A DNA stretch of 64,000 nt from Candidatus Marinacidobacterium sp. (GCA_965204755.1 OZ242011.1:2272001-2336000), one strand, 5' to 3'; shown: positions 29,843 to 40,046, counted from the stretch's first letter. Notes: a model not told the origin generated them from the letters alone. A program made the numbers and translations.

Positions 29843-31071
29843 GACCCGCCTTTCTCGACCCAGTACTCCCCAGATCGGGAAAGGAACTCCGGGAGGGGCA
29901 CTCCACCTTCGCCGACGAGGAGGGTGCGGGCGCGGGGAAAGTGGCGGCGGAACACGGGGAAGCCCTTGATCGGCCGCGGCCGCGATCCCGATTTCACCTC
30001 GATCGCCAGGAGATGCGGCCCCCGCTCCAGGACGAAGTCCGCCTCGAACCGGCCGTGACGCCAGTAGTGCAGTTCATACCTGGTGCGCCCCAGCCGAAAG
30101 AGGTGGGCGCCGACGGCAGACTCGACCAGGCGTCCCCAATAGGGCCGGTCGTTTTGCGCCTCCGCGAAGGTCCTGGTGCTCCGGACCGTCATGAGCGCCG
30201 TGTTCTGAACGACCAACTTGGGGCTCGACCGCCGCCGCCGCAGGGGGCGGTAGGGATACTTCGACAGGGCGGCGACAGCGCCGACTGCTTGAAGAAGGTC
30301 GAGTTGCGCGGCCACGGTCGTCGTGTTTCCGGCGTCGGCGATGAGTTCCGCCAACTCCGCGTAGGTGACGATCTGGCCGGAAAGCCGCGAACCGACCGAG
30401 AGGATTTCCGCGAGGACGGTCTGCTTGTGGATGCGGGCCATCGCGATCAGGTCGCGGGTGAGCGTCGGTTCGATGTAGCCCAGTTGGATTGCCTCCCGCC
30501 ACCGCTCTTCGTCACCGATGAGGTTCGCGGGCCCGGGAAAGCCGCCGAAGAACAGGAACTGCGGCAAGTCGAATCCGAAGGCATCCTCCATCTCCGGAAA
30601 CGACCAGTGCGGGACGGAAATCACTTCGAACCGGCCGGTCATCCCCTCGGTGAGGCCGCGCTGCACCGCGAACGGGGCGGAACCGAGGATCACGACCCGG
30701 AGCGGAATGTCGAGCCGGCGGTCCTCGTCCCAGAGCCCCTTGACCGTGGTGGACCACTGCGGGATCCGGTGGATTTCGTCGAAGATGGCGACGGCCCCCC
30801 GCCCTCCGCCGGCCTGTCTCGCGATCTCGCGGGCTTCGAGCCAGCGGTGGCCGAGCCAGAGCCGGTCGATCGGCTCGTCCGACGGGTTTCCCCGGAAGTC
30901 CTCGGCGCTCCAATACAGCGCCGGCTGCGGCAGGGACGCCATCGCCTGCCGGGCGATGGTGGTCTTTCCGCTCTGCCGCGGCCCGAAGAGGATCTGGATG
31001 GGGCCGGGGGGCTCCTCCATCCGCTCGACCAAGACGCGGACCTGCGCTCGACGATAGGCGGGAACGGCCAT
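29839..31071 (-). CDS. AAA family ATPase with C-terminal DUF4143 domain
   Basis: GPRQSGKTT, IFDEIH, ILGS, GRLVESAVG and EADFV...IEVKSG motifs. Confidence 0.88.
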   Translation of the reverse strand: MAVPAYRRAQVRVLVERMEEPPGPIQILFGPRQSGKTTIARQAMASLPQPALYWSAEDFRGNPSDEPIDRLWLGHRWLEAREIARQAGGGRGAVAIFDEIHRIPQWSTTVKGLWDEDRRLDIPLRVVILGSAPFAVQRGLTEGMTGRFEVISVPHWSFPEMEDAFGFDLPQFLFFGGFPGPANLIGDEERWREAIQLGYIEPTLTRDLIAMARIHKQTVLAEILSVGSRLSGQIVTYAELAELIADAGNTTTVAAQLDLLQAVGAVAALSKYPYRPLRRRRSSPKLVVQNTALMTVRSTRTFAEAQNDRPYWGRLVESAVGAHLFRLGRTRYELHYWRHGRFEADFVLERGPHLLAIEVKSGSRPRPIKGFPVFRRHFPRARTLLVGEGGVPLPEFLSRSGEYWVEKGGS

Positions 31072-31081
31072 TGGGAACAGC

Positions 31082-31123
31082 GGGTTTATCGGACTGAGTA
31101 ATTTATCTCACCATGATAAACCC
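31082..31123. promoter_or_regulatory. 42-bp nested dyad upstream of the AAA-DUF4143 gene
   Basis: GGGTTTATC-N4-TGAG-N8-CTCA-N4-GATAAACCC in an AT-rich patch. Confidence 0.6.
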
Positions 31124-31206
31124 ATTCTCCCACAAGGGCCTGGGCCACGAAGGGAGTAGTCGCGCCGGTTCGCGCGCGAGGGGCGTCGGCGGCGCCCGGC
31201 GCCCGC

Positions 31207-32184
31207 TCAGCCGCCCGGGTGGAGGACGAGTTTGCCCGTGGTGGCGCGGGATTCCAGCAGGCGCTGGGCCTCGGCGGCCCCGGACAGCGGCATCTCCCGG
31301 TCGATGGTGAGGCGGAGTTTCCCGCTCGCCACGGAGGAGAACACCTCCCCCGACCGCCGGAGCAACTCCTCGCGGGTCGCCGCGTAGTCGGCCAGGGTCG
31401 GGCGGGTCACATAGAGCGAGCCGCCGCGCATCAGCCGCGCCGGGTCGATCGGCGGGACCGGGCCGGCGGACTGGCCGTAGAGCACGAGCATCCCCCGCGG
31501 CCGCAGGAGGTCGAGGCTCCGCTCCCAGGTGGTGGCGCCCACCGAGTCATAGACCACCGCCAGCCCCTCGTCCCTCATCTCCTCGCGGACGGCCTCCGCG
31601 AAGTCCACCTCGGTGTAGCGGATCACCCGGTCGCAGCCGGCGGCCCGCGCCGCCTCCGCCTTGGCCTCGGTGGAGACGGTCCCGAACACCCGGGCGCCCA
31701 GGTCGCGGCACATCTGGCACAGCAGCAGCCCCACGCCCCCGGCGGCGGCGTGGACGAGCACCGGGGTCCCCGCTTCCACCGGGAAGGTGGAGCGAACCAG
31801 GTAGTGCGCGGTCGCGCCCTGCAGCAGCGAGGCCGCCGCCCGGGTGGAAGTCAGGCTGTCGGGAACCGGCGCGAGTTTCTCCGCCGGGAGCACCGCCTCC
31901 TCCGCGTACCCGCCGAGGCTCATGACCCAGGCCGCCCGGTCGCCCGGCTTCACGGTCGTCACTCCCTCCCCGACGGCCTCCACCACCCCGGCGCCCTCGA
32001 CTCCCGGCGTGATCGGCAGGTCGTTCGGGTAGAGCCCGGTCCGCATGTAGATGTCGATGAAGTTGACCCCGGCGGCCTCCACCCGCACCCGGGCCTCCCC
32101 GGGGCCCGGTGCGCGGGTCGGAACCTCTTCGAGGGACAGCGCTTCCGGCCCTCCGTGGCGGTGGATTCGAATCGCTTGCGGCAT
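31207..32184 (-). CDS. qor: NADPH:quinone oxidoreductase
   Basis: AAGVNFID..RTG.Y, HAAAGGVG, VYDSVG and TTGKLVL motifs. Confidence 0.9.
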   Translation of the reverse strand: MPQAIRIHRHGGPEALSLEEVPTRAPGPGEARVRVEAAGVNFIDIYMRTGLYPNDLPITPGVEGAGVVEAVGEGVTTVKPGDRAAWVMSLGGYAEEAVLPAEKLAPVPDSLTSTRAAASLLQGATAHYLVRSTFPVEAGTPVLVHAAAGGVGLLLCQMCRDLGARVFGTVSTEAKAEAARAAGCDRVIRYTEVDFAEAVREEMRDEGLAVVYDSVGATTWERSLDLLRPRGMLVLYGQSAGPVPPIDPARLMRGGSLYVTRPTLADYAATREELLRRSGEVFSSVASGKLRLTIDREMPLSGAAEAQRLLESRATTGKLVLHPGG

Positions 32185-32265
32185 GGTCTCGCGCCTCCCG
32201 GAACGCTCCGGACAGCATCCTACAATGGCCGGAAACGAGCGGTGGCCGGGGCAGGGACGGAGGAA

Positions 32266-34263
32266 ATGAGCAGCGGGAACGACGCCGGCGCTTCGGAAAC
32301 GGCGCCGTCCGTCGAGTCCCGGCTCGCCGACCGGATCGCCCGGCTGCCGGAGACCGCCGGGGTCTATCTCTTCCGCTCGGCGAAGGGGCAGACCCTGTAT
32401 GTGGGCAAGGCGGCCTCCCTCCGGGCGCGCGTCCTCTCCCACTTCCGCGCCCCGCCGGGGGACGCCCGCCGCGAAGCGCTGCTCGCGCAGACCGAGGAAG
32501 TGGAAGTGGTGGCCACCGACTCGCCCCGGGAAGCGCTGCTGCTCGAGAACAACCTCATCAAGACGCGCCGCCCCCGCTACAACATCCTGCTGCGCGACGA
32601 CAAGAACCCGCCGCTGGTCCGCCTCACCATGAACGAGACCTACCCGCGGGTCCACATCGTCCGGAATGCCGGCGCGGACGGCGCGGCCTACGCCGGCCCC
32701 TACTTCCCGGCCAGCCTCGCCCGGCGCAGCATGAGCCTGGTGCACCGCCTGTTCGGCATCCGCAACTGCCGGGAGCAACTGAACGGCCGGCGGCCGCGCC
32801 CCTGTCTCCAGTACCAGATCCGCCGCTGCATCGCGCCCTGCGTGGAGAGCGTCTGCTCGATCGAGGAGTACCGCGCCGCCGCCGAGTCGGCGAAGTTGTT
32901 CCTCGCCGGGCGCACCGCCGAACTCACCGGCTCGCTCACCCGGCGGATGAAGGAAGAGGCCGAAGCGGAGCGGTTCGAGGAGGCCGCCCGGCTGCGCGAC
33001 AGCCTGCGCCTGCTGGCCGAGTTGAACGACCGCCAGAAGGTCGCCGGGGCCGACGGGGCGGCGCGCGATGTGTTCGGCTTCTACCGGGAGGGGGACCGGG
33101 CGGAACTCCAGGTGTTCCTGGTGCGCGGCGGGAAGGTGGTGGATCGGGACACCTTCGCGCTGAAGGACCTCCCGCCCACCGACGACGCCGGCCTCGTCGA
33201 GTCAGCCGTGAAGCAGTTCTACGAACTGGGGCGCCGGCCGCCGGCCCGCATCGAGTCCCCGCTCGACTTCCCGGAACGCGAGTTGATCGCGGACTGGCTC
33301 AGCGAAAAACGCGGCGCCCGCGTCGAGATCGCCGTACCGGTCAAGGGCCGCCGCCGGCGGATGGTGGACCTGGTCTGCCGCAACGCCCGGCTGGCCTTCG
33401 ACCTGGACTTCCGGGAATCCGGACGGAAGGCGGCGGCGCGCGTCCGGGCGCTCCGGGAGGCGCTCGGGCTCTCCGCGGCGCCGAACCGGATCGAGGCCTT
33501 CGACATCTCCAACTTCCAGGGGAAGCAGGTCGTCGCCTCGATGGTGGTCGTCGAACGGGGCGAGCCGCTCCCTTCCGCCTACCGGAAGTTCCGCATCCGC
33601 TCCGCCGCCGGCAAGCCGGACGACTACGCCGCGATGCGGGAGGTGGTGCTCCGCCGCTACCGCCGGGTGCTGACCGAGGGCCAGGAACTCCCCGACCTGA
33701 TCCTGCTCGACGGCGGCCGGGGCCAACTCTCCTCGGCGGCCTCCGCGCTCCGCGACCTGGGACTCAGCCACCTCCCCCACGCGGCGCTCGCCAAGCGCGA
33801 GGAGGAGATCTGGCTCCCCGGCGCCCCCGACCCGCTCCGGCTGCCCGCCACTTCCCCGGCTCGCCAGTTGCTGGAGCGCGCCCGCGACGAAGCGCACCGC
33901 TTCGCGGTCACCTTCCACCGGAAGAGCCGGAAGGCGGACACCCTCCGGTCGGCGCTCGACGGGGTCCCCGGAATCGGTCCGCGCCGCCGCAGCGCCCTGC
34001 TCCGCCGGTTCGGCAGCCTCCGCCGGGTGGCCGAAGCGGACCGGTCGGAACTCGCCGCCGCGGTGGGGCCGGCGCTGGCGGAGCGGCTCCATGCCCGCCT
34101 CCATCCCGACCTCCATCCCGACCTCCATCCCGACGAGGCCCCCGGCGCCGCCGACCCCCTCCCGACCGCCGCCCGCCCCCTAGAATCCGCCGCCGTGCCC
34201 GAGCCTGCCCCGGCGTCCGCCGCCGAGAACCCGCCGAGCGGCGGACCCCGGGCCGATGCCTGA
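32266..34263 (+). CDS. uvrC: Excinuclease ABC subunit C
   Basis: GIY-YIG (GVYLF..YVGKA), UVR motif ERFEEAARLRD, IEAFDISN, LDGGRGQL, RDEAHRFA and an HhH domain. Confidence 0.95.
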   Translation: MSSGNDAGASETAPSVESRLADRIARLPETAGVYLFRSAKGQTLYVGKAASLRARVLSHFRAPPGDARREALLAQTEEVEVVATDSPREALLLENNLIKTRRPRYNILLRDDKNPPLVRLTMNETYPRVHIVRNAGADGAAYAGPYFPASLARRSMSLVHRLFGIRNCREQLNGRRPRPCLQYQIRRCIAPCVESVCSIEEYRAAAESAKLFLAGRTAELTGSLTRRMKEEAEAERFEEAARLRDSLRLLAELNDRQKVAGADGAARDVFGFYREGDRAELQVFLVRGGKVVDRDTFALKDLPPTDDAGLVESAVKQFYELGRRPPARIESPLDFPERELIADWLSEKRGARVEIAVPVKGRRRRMVDLVCRNARLAFDLDFRESGRKAAARVRALREALGLSAAPNRIEAFDISNFQGKQVVASMVVVERGEPLPSAYRKFRIRSAAGKPDDYAAMREVVLRRYRRVLTEGQELPDLILLDGGRGQLSSAASALRDLGLSHLPHAALAKREEEIWLPGAPDPLRLPATSPARQLLERARDEAHRFAVTFHRKSRKADTLRSALDGVPGIGPRRRSALLRRFGSLRRVAEADRSELAAAVGPALAERLHARLHPDLHPDLHPDEAPGAADPLPTAARPLESAAVPEPAPASAAENPPSGGPRADA

Positions 34264-35266
34264 CCCGTCCCGCGCCGGGCGCCCCCGGCTCCTCTCCGGG
34301 ATGCGCCCCACCGGTTCCTCCCACATCGGGCACCTGGTCGGCGCCTACCGCAACTGGGTGGCGATGCAGGACGAATGCGACGCCTTCTACTGCATCGTGG
34401 ACTGGCACGCGCTCACCACCGACTACCGGGACACCGGGGACCTCCGGCAGAACACCCTGGAGATCGCCACCGACTGGCTGGCGGTGGGGCTCGACCCCTC
34501 CCGCTGCGCGCTGTTCGTCCAGTCGCAGGTGCCGGAGCACGCCGAACTCCACCTCCTCCTCTCGATGGTGGTTCCCCTCGGCTGGCTGGAGCGCGTCCCC
34601 ACCTACAAGGAGCAACTGCGCGAGTTGGAGGACCGGGACATCCACACCTACGGCTTCCTCGGCTACCCGGTGCTCCAGGCCGCGGACATCCTCATCTATG
34701 ACGCCGCGGTGGTGCCGGTCGGCGAAGACCAGCGCCCGCATGTGGAACTGACCCGGGAGATCGCCCGCCGGTTCAACGGGATCTACGGCCCGGTGCTCAC
34801 CGAACCGCAGACGCGCCTCACCCCTTCGCCCCGGCTGCTCGGCACCGACGGGCGCAAGATGTCCAAGAGTTACGACAATGTGATCGGGCTCGCCGAGGAC
34901 GAGACCGCCATCCGCTCGCGGCTGAAGACGATGGTCACCGACCCGGCGCGGAAGCGGCGGACGGACCCCGGGGACCCGGAGAAATGCCCGGTGTTCGACC
35001 TCCACCGGGTGTTCTCCGACGACGAGACCCGGGAGTGGGCCGCCGCCGGCTGCCGCTCCGCGGGGATCGGCTGCATCGAGTGCAAGAGCCGGCTGGCGGA
35101 CCGGGTCGTCGCCGAAGTCGCCCCGATCGCCGAACGCCGCCGGGGCTACGCGCAGCGTCCCGACGAAGTGCGCGATGTGCTCGCCGCCGGCCGGCGGGAG
35201 GCGCAGGAGGTGGCCGCCGCCACCATGGAGCGGGTGCGGTCGGCGGTGCGCCTTCCCACCGCGTGA
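34256..35266 (+). CDS. trpS: Tryptophan--tRNA ligase
   Basis: SGMRPTG, HIGH, YPVLQAADIL, VPVGEDQ and KMSKS motifs. Confidence 0.96.
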   Translation: MPDPSRAGRPRLLSGMRPTGSSHIGHLVGAYRNWVAMQDECDAFYCIVDWHALTTDYRDTGDLRQNTLEIATDWLAVGLDPSRCALFVQSQVPEHAELHLLLSMVVPLGWLERVPTYKEQLRELEDRDIHTYGFLGYPVLQAADILIYDAAVVPVGEDQRPHVELTREIARRFNGIYGPVLTEPQTRLTPSPRLLGTDGRKMSKSYDNVIGLAEDETAIRSRLKTMVTDPARKRRTDPGDPEKCPVFDLHRVFSDDETREWAAAGCRSAGIGCIECKSRLADRVVAEVAPIAERRRGYAQRPDEVRDVLAAGRREAQEVAAATMERVRSAVRLPTA

Positions 35267-36099
35267 GTTCGCGCCTCTACCTCGCGGAACCCGACGCCGG
35301 CGGCGCCCCGGCGGGGCCCGGCCGACCGGTCTATCACCTGCGGCTCGACGGCGCGGCGGTGCGCGCCGAGGGGGTGGAGTTCGACGGGCCGCTGGAGATG
35401 CTGCTCCGGATGGTGCGCGACGGACGGGCCGACCCGCTGCGAATCGAGATCTCGGCGATCACCCGGCAGTACCTGGACGCGCTCGAGGTGCTGGAGATCC
35501 TCGACCTGGGCCTCGGCTCCGAGTTCCTGAAGATGGCGACCGCGCTCCTGCGCATCAAGGCGCGGCGGCTCCTGCCGGTCGAACGAGTCGAAGAGCCGGT
35601 GGAGGAGACCGACCCGCTCGCCGAGATGGAGGCCCGCCTCCGGGACTACGCCCGCTACCGGGACGCCGCGGCCAAACTGCGGGAGAGCCTGCGGGTGCGC
35701 AGTTCGGTCTGGGTGCGGCCGCCGTCCCTGCCGGCGGCGGACGAGGAGGGGAACGGCGCCGACGCCCCGCGGGAAGAGATCCTGGATGTGGACCTCTTCG
35801 CGGTGGTCGAGGCCTTCCGGCGGGTCATGGAGCGCGCCCGGTCGCGGCCGAAGCCGCCGGTGCCCATCCCGCGGATCCCGGTGGCGGTGCTGGTGCGGCG
35901 GATCGAGACTGCGGCCCCGGTGGGTGAGCGGCGGTCGTTCGAGGAGGTCCTGGAGGAGATCCTGGACGGCGGGGTGAACCGTCCGGCGCTGGTGGCGGCG
36001 TTCCTCGCGGTGCTGGAACTGGCGCGCCGGCGGCGGATCTCCGTCGGGCAGGAGCGGAACTTCGGCCGGATCTGGATCGAGGGCCGGGCGGCGGAATGA
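35263..36099 (+). CDS. scpA: Segregation/condensation protein A
   Basis: FDGPLEMLL, A.ALLRIKARRLLP and FLAVLEL motifs. GTGA overlap with trpS. Confidence 0.88.
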   Translation: MSSRLYLAEPDAGGAPAGPGRPVYHLRLDGAAVRAEGVEFDGPLEMLLRMVRDGRADPLRIEISAITRQYLDALEVLEILDLGLGSEFLKMATALLRIKARRLLPVERVEEPVEETDPLAEMEARLRDYARYRDAAAKLRESLRVRSSVWVRPPSLPAADEEGNGADAPREEILDVDLFAVVEAFRRVMERARSRPKPPVPIPRIPVAVLVRRIETAAPVGERRSFEEVLEEILDGGVNRPALVAAFLAVLELARRRRISVGQERNFGRIWIEGRAAE

Positions 36100-37253
36100 C
36101 CGGGTCGGAGCGGAACGGTTCCGGGGCCGCGGGCGCGGCGGTCCTCCCGGCGCCCGGCGCCGAGCCGGCCGAAATGCCCGGCGCCGAGCCGGCCGAAATG
36201 CCCGGCGCCGAGCCGGCCGAAATGCTCGACGCGCCGGTCGAGGGCGCCGAGGCGCCCGCGCCCGCCGGAGAAGACGAGTCCCCGCCGGCGCCGGGAGCGC
36301 CGGGTGGCGGCTCGGCGGACACGCCCGGCGCGCCGGTCGAAAGCGCCGAGGCGGCCGCGCCCGCCGGGGGAGACGAGCCGCTGCCCGAACCCGTTCCCGG
36401 GGAAGAGGCGGCCCCGCTTCCCGACTCGCTGCTCGCCGCCGTGGAGGCGCTGCTCTTCTCCCACGGGGAGCCGGTCGCGCGGGGGAAACTGGCGCTCGCG
36501 CTCGACGAGCCCCCGGAGCGGATCGACGCGGCGCTCGCCGCGTTGGAAGCCCGCTGGAGCGCCCCGGCCTCCGGTCTCCGGCTGGCCCGGGTCGCGGGCG
36601 GCGTCCAACTCACCACCCGCGCCGAACTGCGGGAAGTGATCGAACGGCTGCTCGCGCCGAAGCGCGACGACGCGCTCTCCGAGTCGGCGCTGGACGCGCT
36701 CTCGGTGATCGCCTACCGCCAGCCCATCACCCTGCCGGAGTTGAACGAGTTGCGCGGGGTGAACTCGCAGAGCGTGGTCTCCACCCTGCTCCGCCGCCGC
36801 CTCGTCCGGGCCCGCGGGCGCAAACCCGTCGTCGGGCGGCCGCTGCTCTACGGCACCACCCCGGAATTCCTGGAGCGTTTCGGGCTGGAAGGGTTGGACG
36901 ACCTGCCGGAACTGCGGGAACTCGCCGACCCGACGGCGCCGCCCGCCCGGTCCGCGAGCGGTTCCGCCGGGAACGCGGAGGGCCCCGGCGAAGCCGGTTC
37001 GGGCCCCGGCGAAGCGGGTTCGGACCCCGGCGCAGCCGGTTCGGACGCTGACGCGGCCGGTTCGGACCCCGACGCAGCCGGTTCGGACACTGACGCAATC
37101 GGCTCGCCCGCCGACGCGGCCGGCTCGGACGCTGACGCGGCCGGCTCGCCCGCCGACACGGCCGGCTCGACCGCCGATGCCGCCGGCTCGGACACCGGCT
37201 CGGACACCGACGCCGCGCCGCTCGCGGAACCCGAATCCGCCGAACCCGCGTGA
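36096..37253 (+). CDS. scpB: SMC-Scp complex subunit ScpB with low-complexity termini
   Basis: VEALLF, LSVIAYRQPIT..E...RGV and GRPLLYGTT.EFL..FGL motifs. Confidence 0.92.
   Translation: MTGSERNGSGAAGAAVLPAPGAEPAEMPGAEPAEMPGAEPAEMLDAPVEGAEAPAPAGEDESPPAPGAPGGGSADTPGAPVESAEAAAPAGGDEPLPEPVPGEEAAPLPDSLLAAVEALLFSHGEPVARGKLALALDEPPERIDAALAALEARWSAPASGLRLARVAGGVQLTTRAELREVIERLLAPKRDDALSESALDALSVIAYRQPITLPELNELRGVNSQSVVSTLLRRRLVRARGRKPVVGRPLLYGTTPEFLERFGLEGLDDLPELRELADPTAPPARSASGSAGNAEGPGEAGSGPGEAGSDPGAAGSDADAAGSDPDAAGSDTDAIGSPADAAGSDADAAGSPADTAGSTADAAGSDTGSDTDAAPLAEPESAEPA
36980..37215 (+). repeat. Degenerate 21-bp coding repeat (xAGSxxD heptads) in the ScpB C-terminus
   Basis: About 10 units such as EAGSGPG, AAGSDAD and AAGSDPD. 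There are also 3 x 24-bp PGAEPAEM units near 36152-36223. Confidence 0.75.
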
Positions 37254-38737
37254 TGGCCGCGGAGCGGCTCCAGAAACTCATCTCCGCCGCCGGGATCGCC
37301 TCCCGCCGGGCCGCCGAACGGCTCATGGTCGAAGGGCGCGTGACCGTGGACGGGGAAGTCGTCCGCGCCCTCGGCGCGCGCGCCGACCCGGAGACCGCCG
37401 ATATCCGGGTGGACGGGGCGCGCCTCCGCGGCCTCGGCCGGCCCCGCCGCTATGTGGCCCTGAACAAGCCGGTCGGCCACCTCACCACCCGCTCCGACCC
37501 CTCCCGCCGCCCGACGGTCATGGACCTGCTGCCGCTCTCGCTCCGCTCGCTCTCCCCGGTGGGCCGCCTGGACGCCGCGAGTTCCGGCCTGGTGCTGCTC
37601 ACCGACGACGGCGCCTTGGCGCAGCGGATCGCCCATCCCCGCTACCGCCTGCCGAAGACCTACCTGGCCACCGTGCGCGGCCTGCCCGACGACGAGGCCC
37701 TCGCCCGCGCCTGCCGCGGCCTGCGCGTGGACGGCGAGTTCCTCCGCCTCGACGAGGCGGAAGTCCTCGCCCGCTTCCCCCACCGCCAGGAGAGCCGCCG
37801 CCGCGCCCGACTCCGCATCACCCTCCGCGGCGGCCGCAACCGCGAGATCCGCCGGGTGCTCGGCGTCCTCGGCCACCCGGTGGTCGAACTCCACCGCACC
37901 CGCATCGGCAGCCTCCCCGACCGGGGCCTCCGCCCGGGCAAGTGGCGGAAACTGACCTCCGACGAAGTGGACGAACTCCGCGCGGCGGCAGGCGCCGCCT
38001 CCGCCGAAGACTCGCCGGCGGAGGCGGACGAAGGCGGCGCTCCGCCGACCGACGACGGGACTCCCGAGCCGCCCGCCCCCGAACCGCCGCCGTTCGTGGT
38101 CGCCATAGACGGCCCGGCGGGTTCCGGCAAGACCTCGGTCGCCCGCGCGGTCGCGGACCGGTTCGGCCTCCCCTACTTCAACACCGGCGCCTCGGTTCGC
38201 GCCGTCGCCCTCGGAGCGATGCGTCTCGGCATCCCGCTGGACGAAGGCCCGCCCCTCCGCGCCGTCGCCTACCGGGTGATCCTCGACCCCGCCGGCCGCG
38301 TCTTCCTCGACGGCGAGGAGGTCTCGACCGCGGTGCGCGCCCCGGAAGTCTCGCGGGGCGCCTCCGAAGTGGCCGTCCACCCGGAACTCCGCGAAGTCCT
38401 CGCCGCCCGCTGGCGCAGCGCCGCCGGCGGCGGGGGCGTGGTGGAAGGCCGCGACATCGGCACCGTCGTCTTCCCGGACGCCCCGGTAAAGGTCTTCCTC
38501 GAAGCCCGCCCGGAGGTCCGCGCCCGCCGCCGGTCCTCCGACGAGGGCGACCGCGATGTGCGCGTGGTGGAAGCCGAACTCAAGGGCCGCGACGACACCG
38601 ACAAGGGCCGCGAAGTCGCCCCCCTCCGCCGCGCCGCCGACGCCCACACGGTGGACACGAGCGACCTGACCTTGGAGGAAACCGTGGATCAGGTCGCTGC
38701 CCTGGTGGCGTCCGCCCGCGACGAGCATCCCGGGTGA
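37250..38737 (+). CDS. cmk: Fused RluB-type pseudouridine synthase and cytidylate kinase
   Basis: S4 domain ERLQK..GIASRR and VGRLD, an acidic/Pro linker, then AIDGPAGSGKT, VEGRDIGTVVFPDA and RD..D..R..APL. Confidence 0.88.
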   Translation: MMAAERLQKLISAAGIASRRAAERLMVEGRVTVDGEVVRALGARADPETADIRVDGARLRGLGRPRRYVALNKPVGHLTTRSDPSRRPTVMDLLPLSLRSLSPVGRLDAASSGLVLLTDDGALAQRIAHPRYRLPKTYLATVRGLPDDEALARACRGLRVDGEFLRLDEAEVLARFPHRQESRRRARLRITLRGGRNREIRRVLGVLGHPVVELHRTRIGSLPDRGLRPGKWRKLTSDEVDELRAAAGAASAEDSPAEADEGGAPPTDDGTPEPPAPEPPPFVVAIDGPAGSGKTSVARAVADRFGLPYFNTGASVRAVALGAMRLGIPLDEGPPLRAVAYRVILDPAGRVFLDGEEVSTAVRAPEVSRGASEVAVHPELREVLAARWRSAAGGGGVVEGRDIGTVVFPDAPVKVFLEARPEVRARRRSSDEGDRDVRVVEAELKGRDDTDKGREVAPLRRAADAHTVDTSDLTLEETVDQVAALVASARDEHPG

Positions 38738-38893
38738 TCCGGCGAGCCGCGCCGTCCGTCGCGCGGCCGTTCCATAGACTCCCGCCATGATCCGCCGCTT
38801 CCAAGCCCTCGGCTACCGCTGCTTCCGGTATGTGGACCTCGAACTCGACCGGTTCCAGGTCCTCGTCGGCGCGAACGCGAGCGGAAAGAGCAC
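38737..38893 (+). repeat. About 155-bp near-identical direct repeat, copy 1 (copy 2 at 40802-40956)
   Basis: Covers the upstream region and the first ~35 codons of both ATPase paralogs. Confidence 0.85.
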
Positions 38894-40046
38894 TCTCTTC
38901 GACGCCCTGAGTTTCCTCGAGGGTCTCGTCGATGTCGGTCTCTTCAAGACCATAGAGAGCCGCGGTGGCAACTTCCAGGATCTCGTCTGGAAGCGCCCCG
39001 AGAGGGCCCTCGGCTTCGAATTAGCCGTGGAGATCGAAATCCCTTCGTCCGGACTCGCGGTGTACGCCGACGGACGATACGACCGCGTGCGCTACGAGGT
39101 CGAGATTCGCGAAGACACCTCTCGGGGACTCCACATCGCGCGGGAGCAGTGGTTTCCCCTCTCCGCCGATCCTACCGAGGACCGTGTGAGAGATCGCTTC
39201 CCCGATCCGCCGACACCGCCGGACACTCTCTTCACGCGTTTCGGGACCGGTCAGTCCGTGTCCGCCCCGAACGATCTGCCCGGAGGGGGTGACCGGACGC
39301 CCTTGGAGGTCGCTTACCCGGTCAAGGGGCAGAATCGTGAGTCGCTGCTCTCGGCTCTCAGGCGTCTTCCTGCCGTGCCCGGTGACGATTTCGCCGTGCA
39401 CCATTGGTTGAAGGGGGAACTGGGAGGCACGGTAGGCATGTCTCTCGACACCGACGCCCTCCGAAGGCCGAGTCCCCCAAACATGTTCCGTTACCCGCTG
39501 ACGCGTAGCGGCTCCACCTTGCCTTGGCTCGTTGATCGGTTGAGAGCCGAAGAGCGCGAGGACTACGAGGAATGGCTCCACCATGTGACCGCGTTCCTTC
39601 CCGACATCAGCAGCGTCGAGACGGTAGTTCGGCCGGAAGATCGACACGCGTATCTGGTCGTGCGCTACGCCTCCGGCCTCTTCGCGCCCGCTTGGGCCGT
39701 GTCCGACGGGACGCTTCGATTGCTGGCGCTGACGCTCCTCGCCTATCTTCCGTCGGAAACCGTTCCTTGCCGGCGATTCTTCATCGAAGAGCCCGAGAAC
39801 GGTCTCCATCCGGATGCGGTGGATGCAGTGTACGACTCGCTGGCTTCGGTGTACGACCACCAAGTTTTCGTGGCGACACATTCTCCCGCGATCCTGAGGC
39901 GCGCCTACCCGGAGGAGATCTTCGTCTTCGCCCGCGTCGAGGACGACACGACGGATATCGTGCGCGGCGACCGCCACCCGATGTTGAGGGAATGGAAGGA
40001 GAATGTGGATACGACGGCCCTGTTCTCGACGGGAGTCTTCGGTTGA
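38787..40046 (+). CDS. ABC/AAA_21-type ATPase, MADS MAD3-like (copy 1)
   Basis: LVGANASGKST, signature VSDGTLR, Walker B FIEEPENGLHP, H-loop ATHSP and C-terminal LF.TGV.G. Confidence 0.75.
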   Translation: MIRRFQALGYRCFRYVDLELDRFQVLVGANASGKSTLFDALSFLEGLVDVGLFKTIESRGGNFQDLVWKRPERALGFELAVEIEIPSSGLAVYADGRYDRVRYEVEIREDTSRGLHIAREQWFPLSADPTEDRVRDRFPDPPTPPDTLFTRFGTGQSVSAPNDLPGGGDRTPLEVAYPVKGQNRESLLSALRRLPAVPGDDFAVHHWLKGELGGTVGMSLDTDALRRPSPPNMFRYPLTRSGSTLPWLVDRLRAEEREDYEEWLHHVTAFLPDISSVETVVRPEDRHAYLVVRYASGLFAPAWAVSDGTLRLLALTLLAYLPSETVPCRRFFIEEPENGLHPDAVDAVYDSLASVYDHQVFVATHSPAILRRAYPEEIFVFARVEDDTTDIVRGDRHPMLREWKENVDTTALFSTGVFG

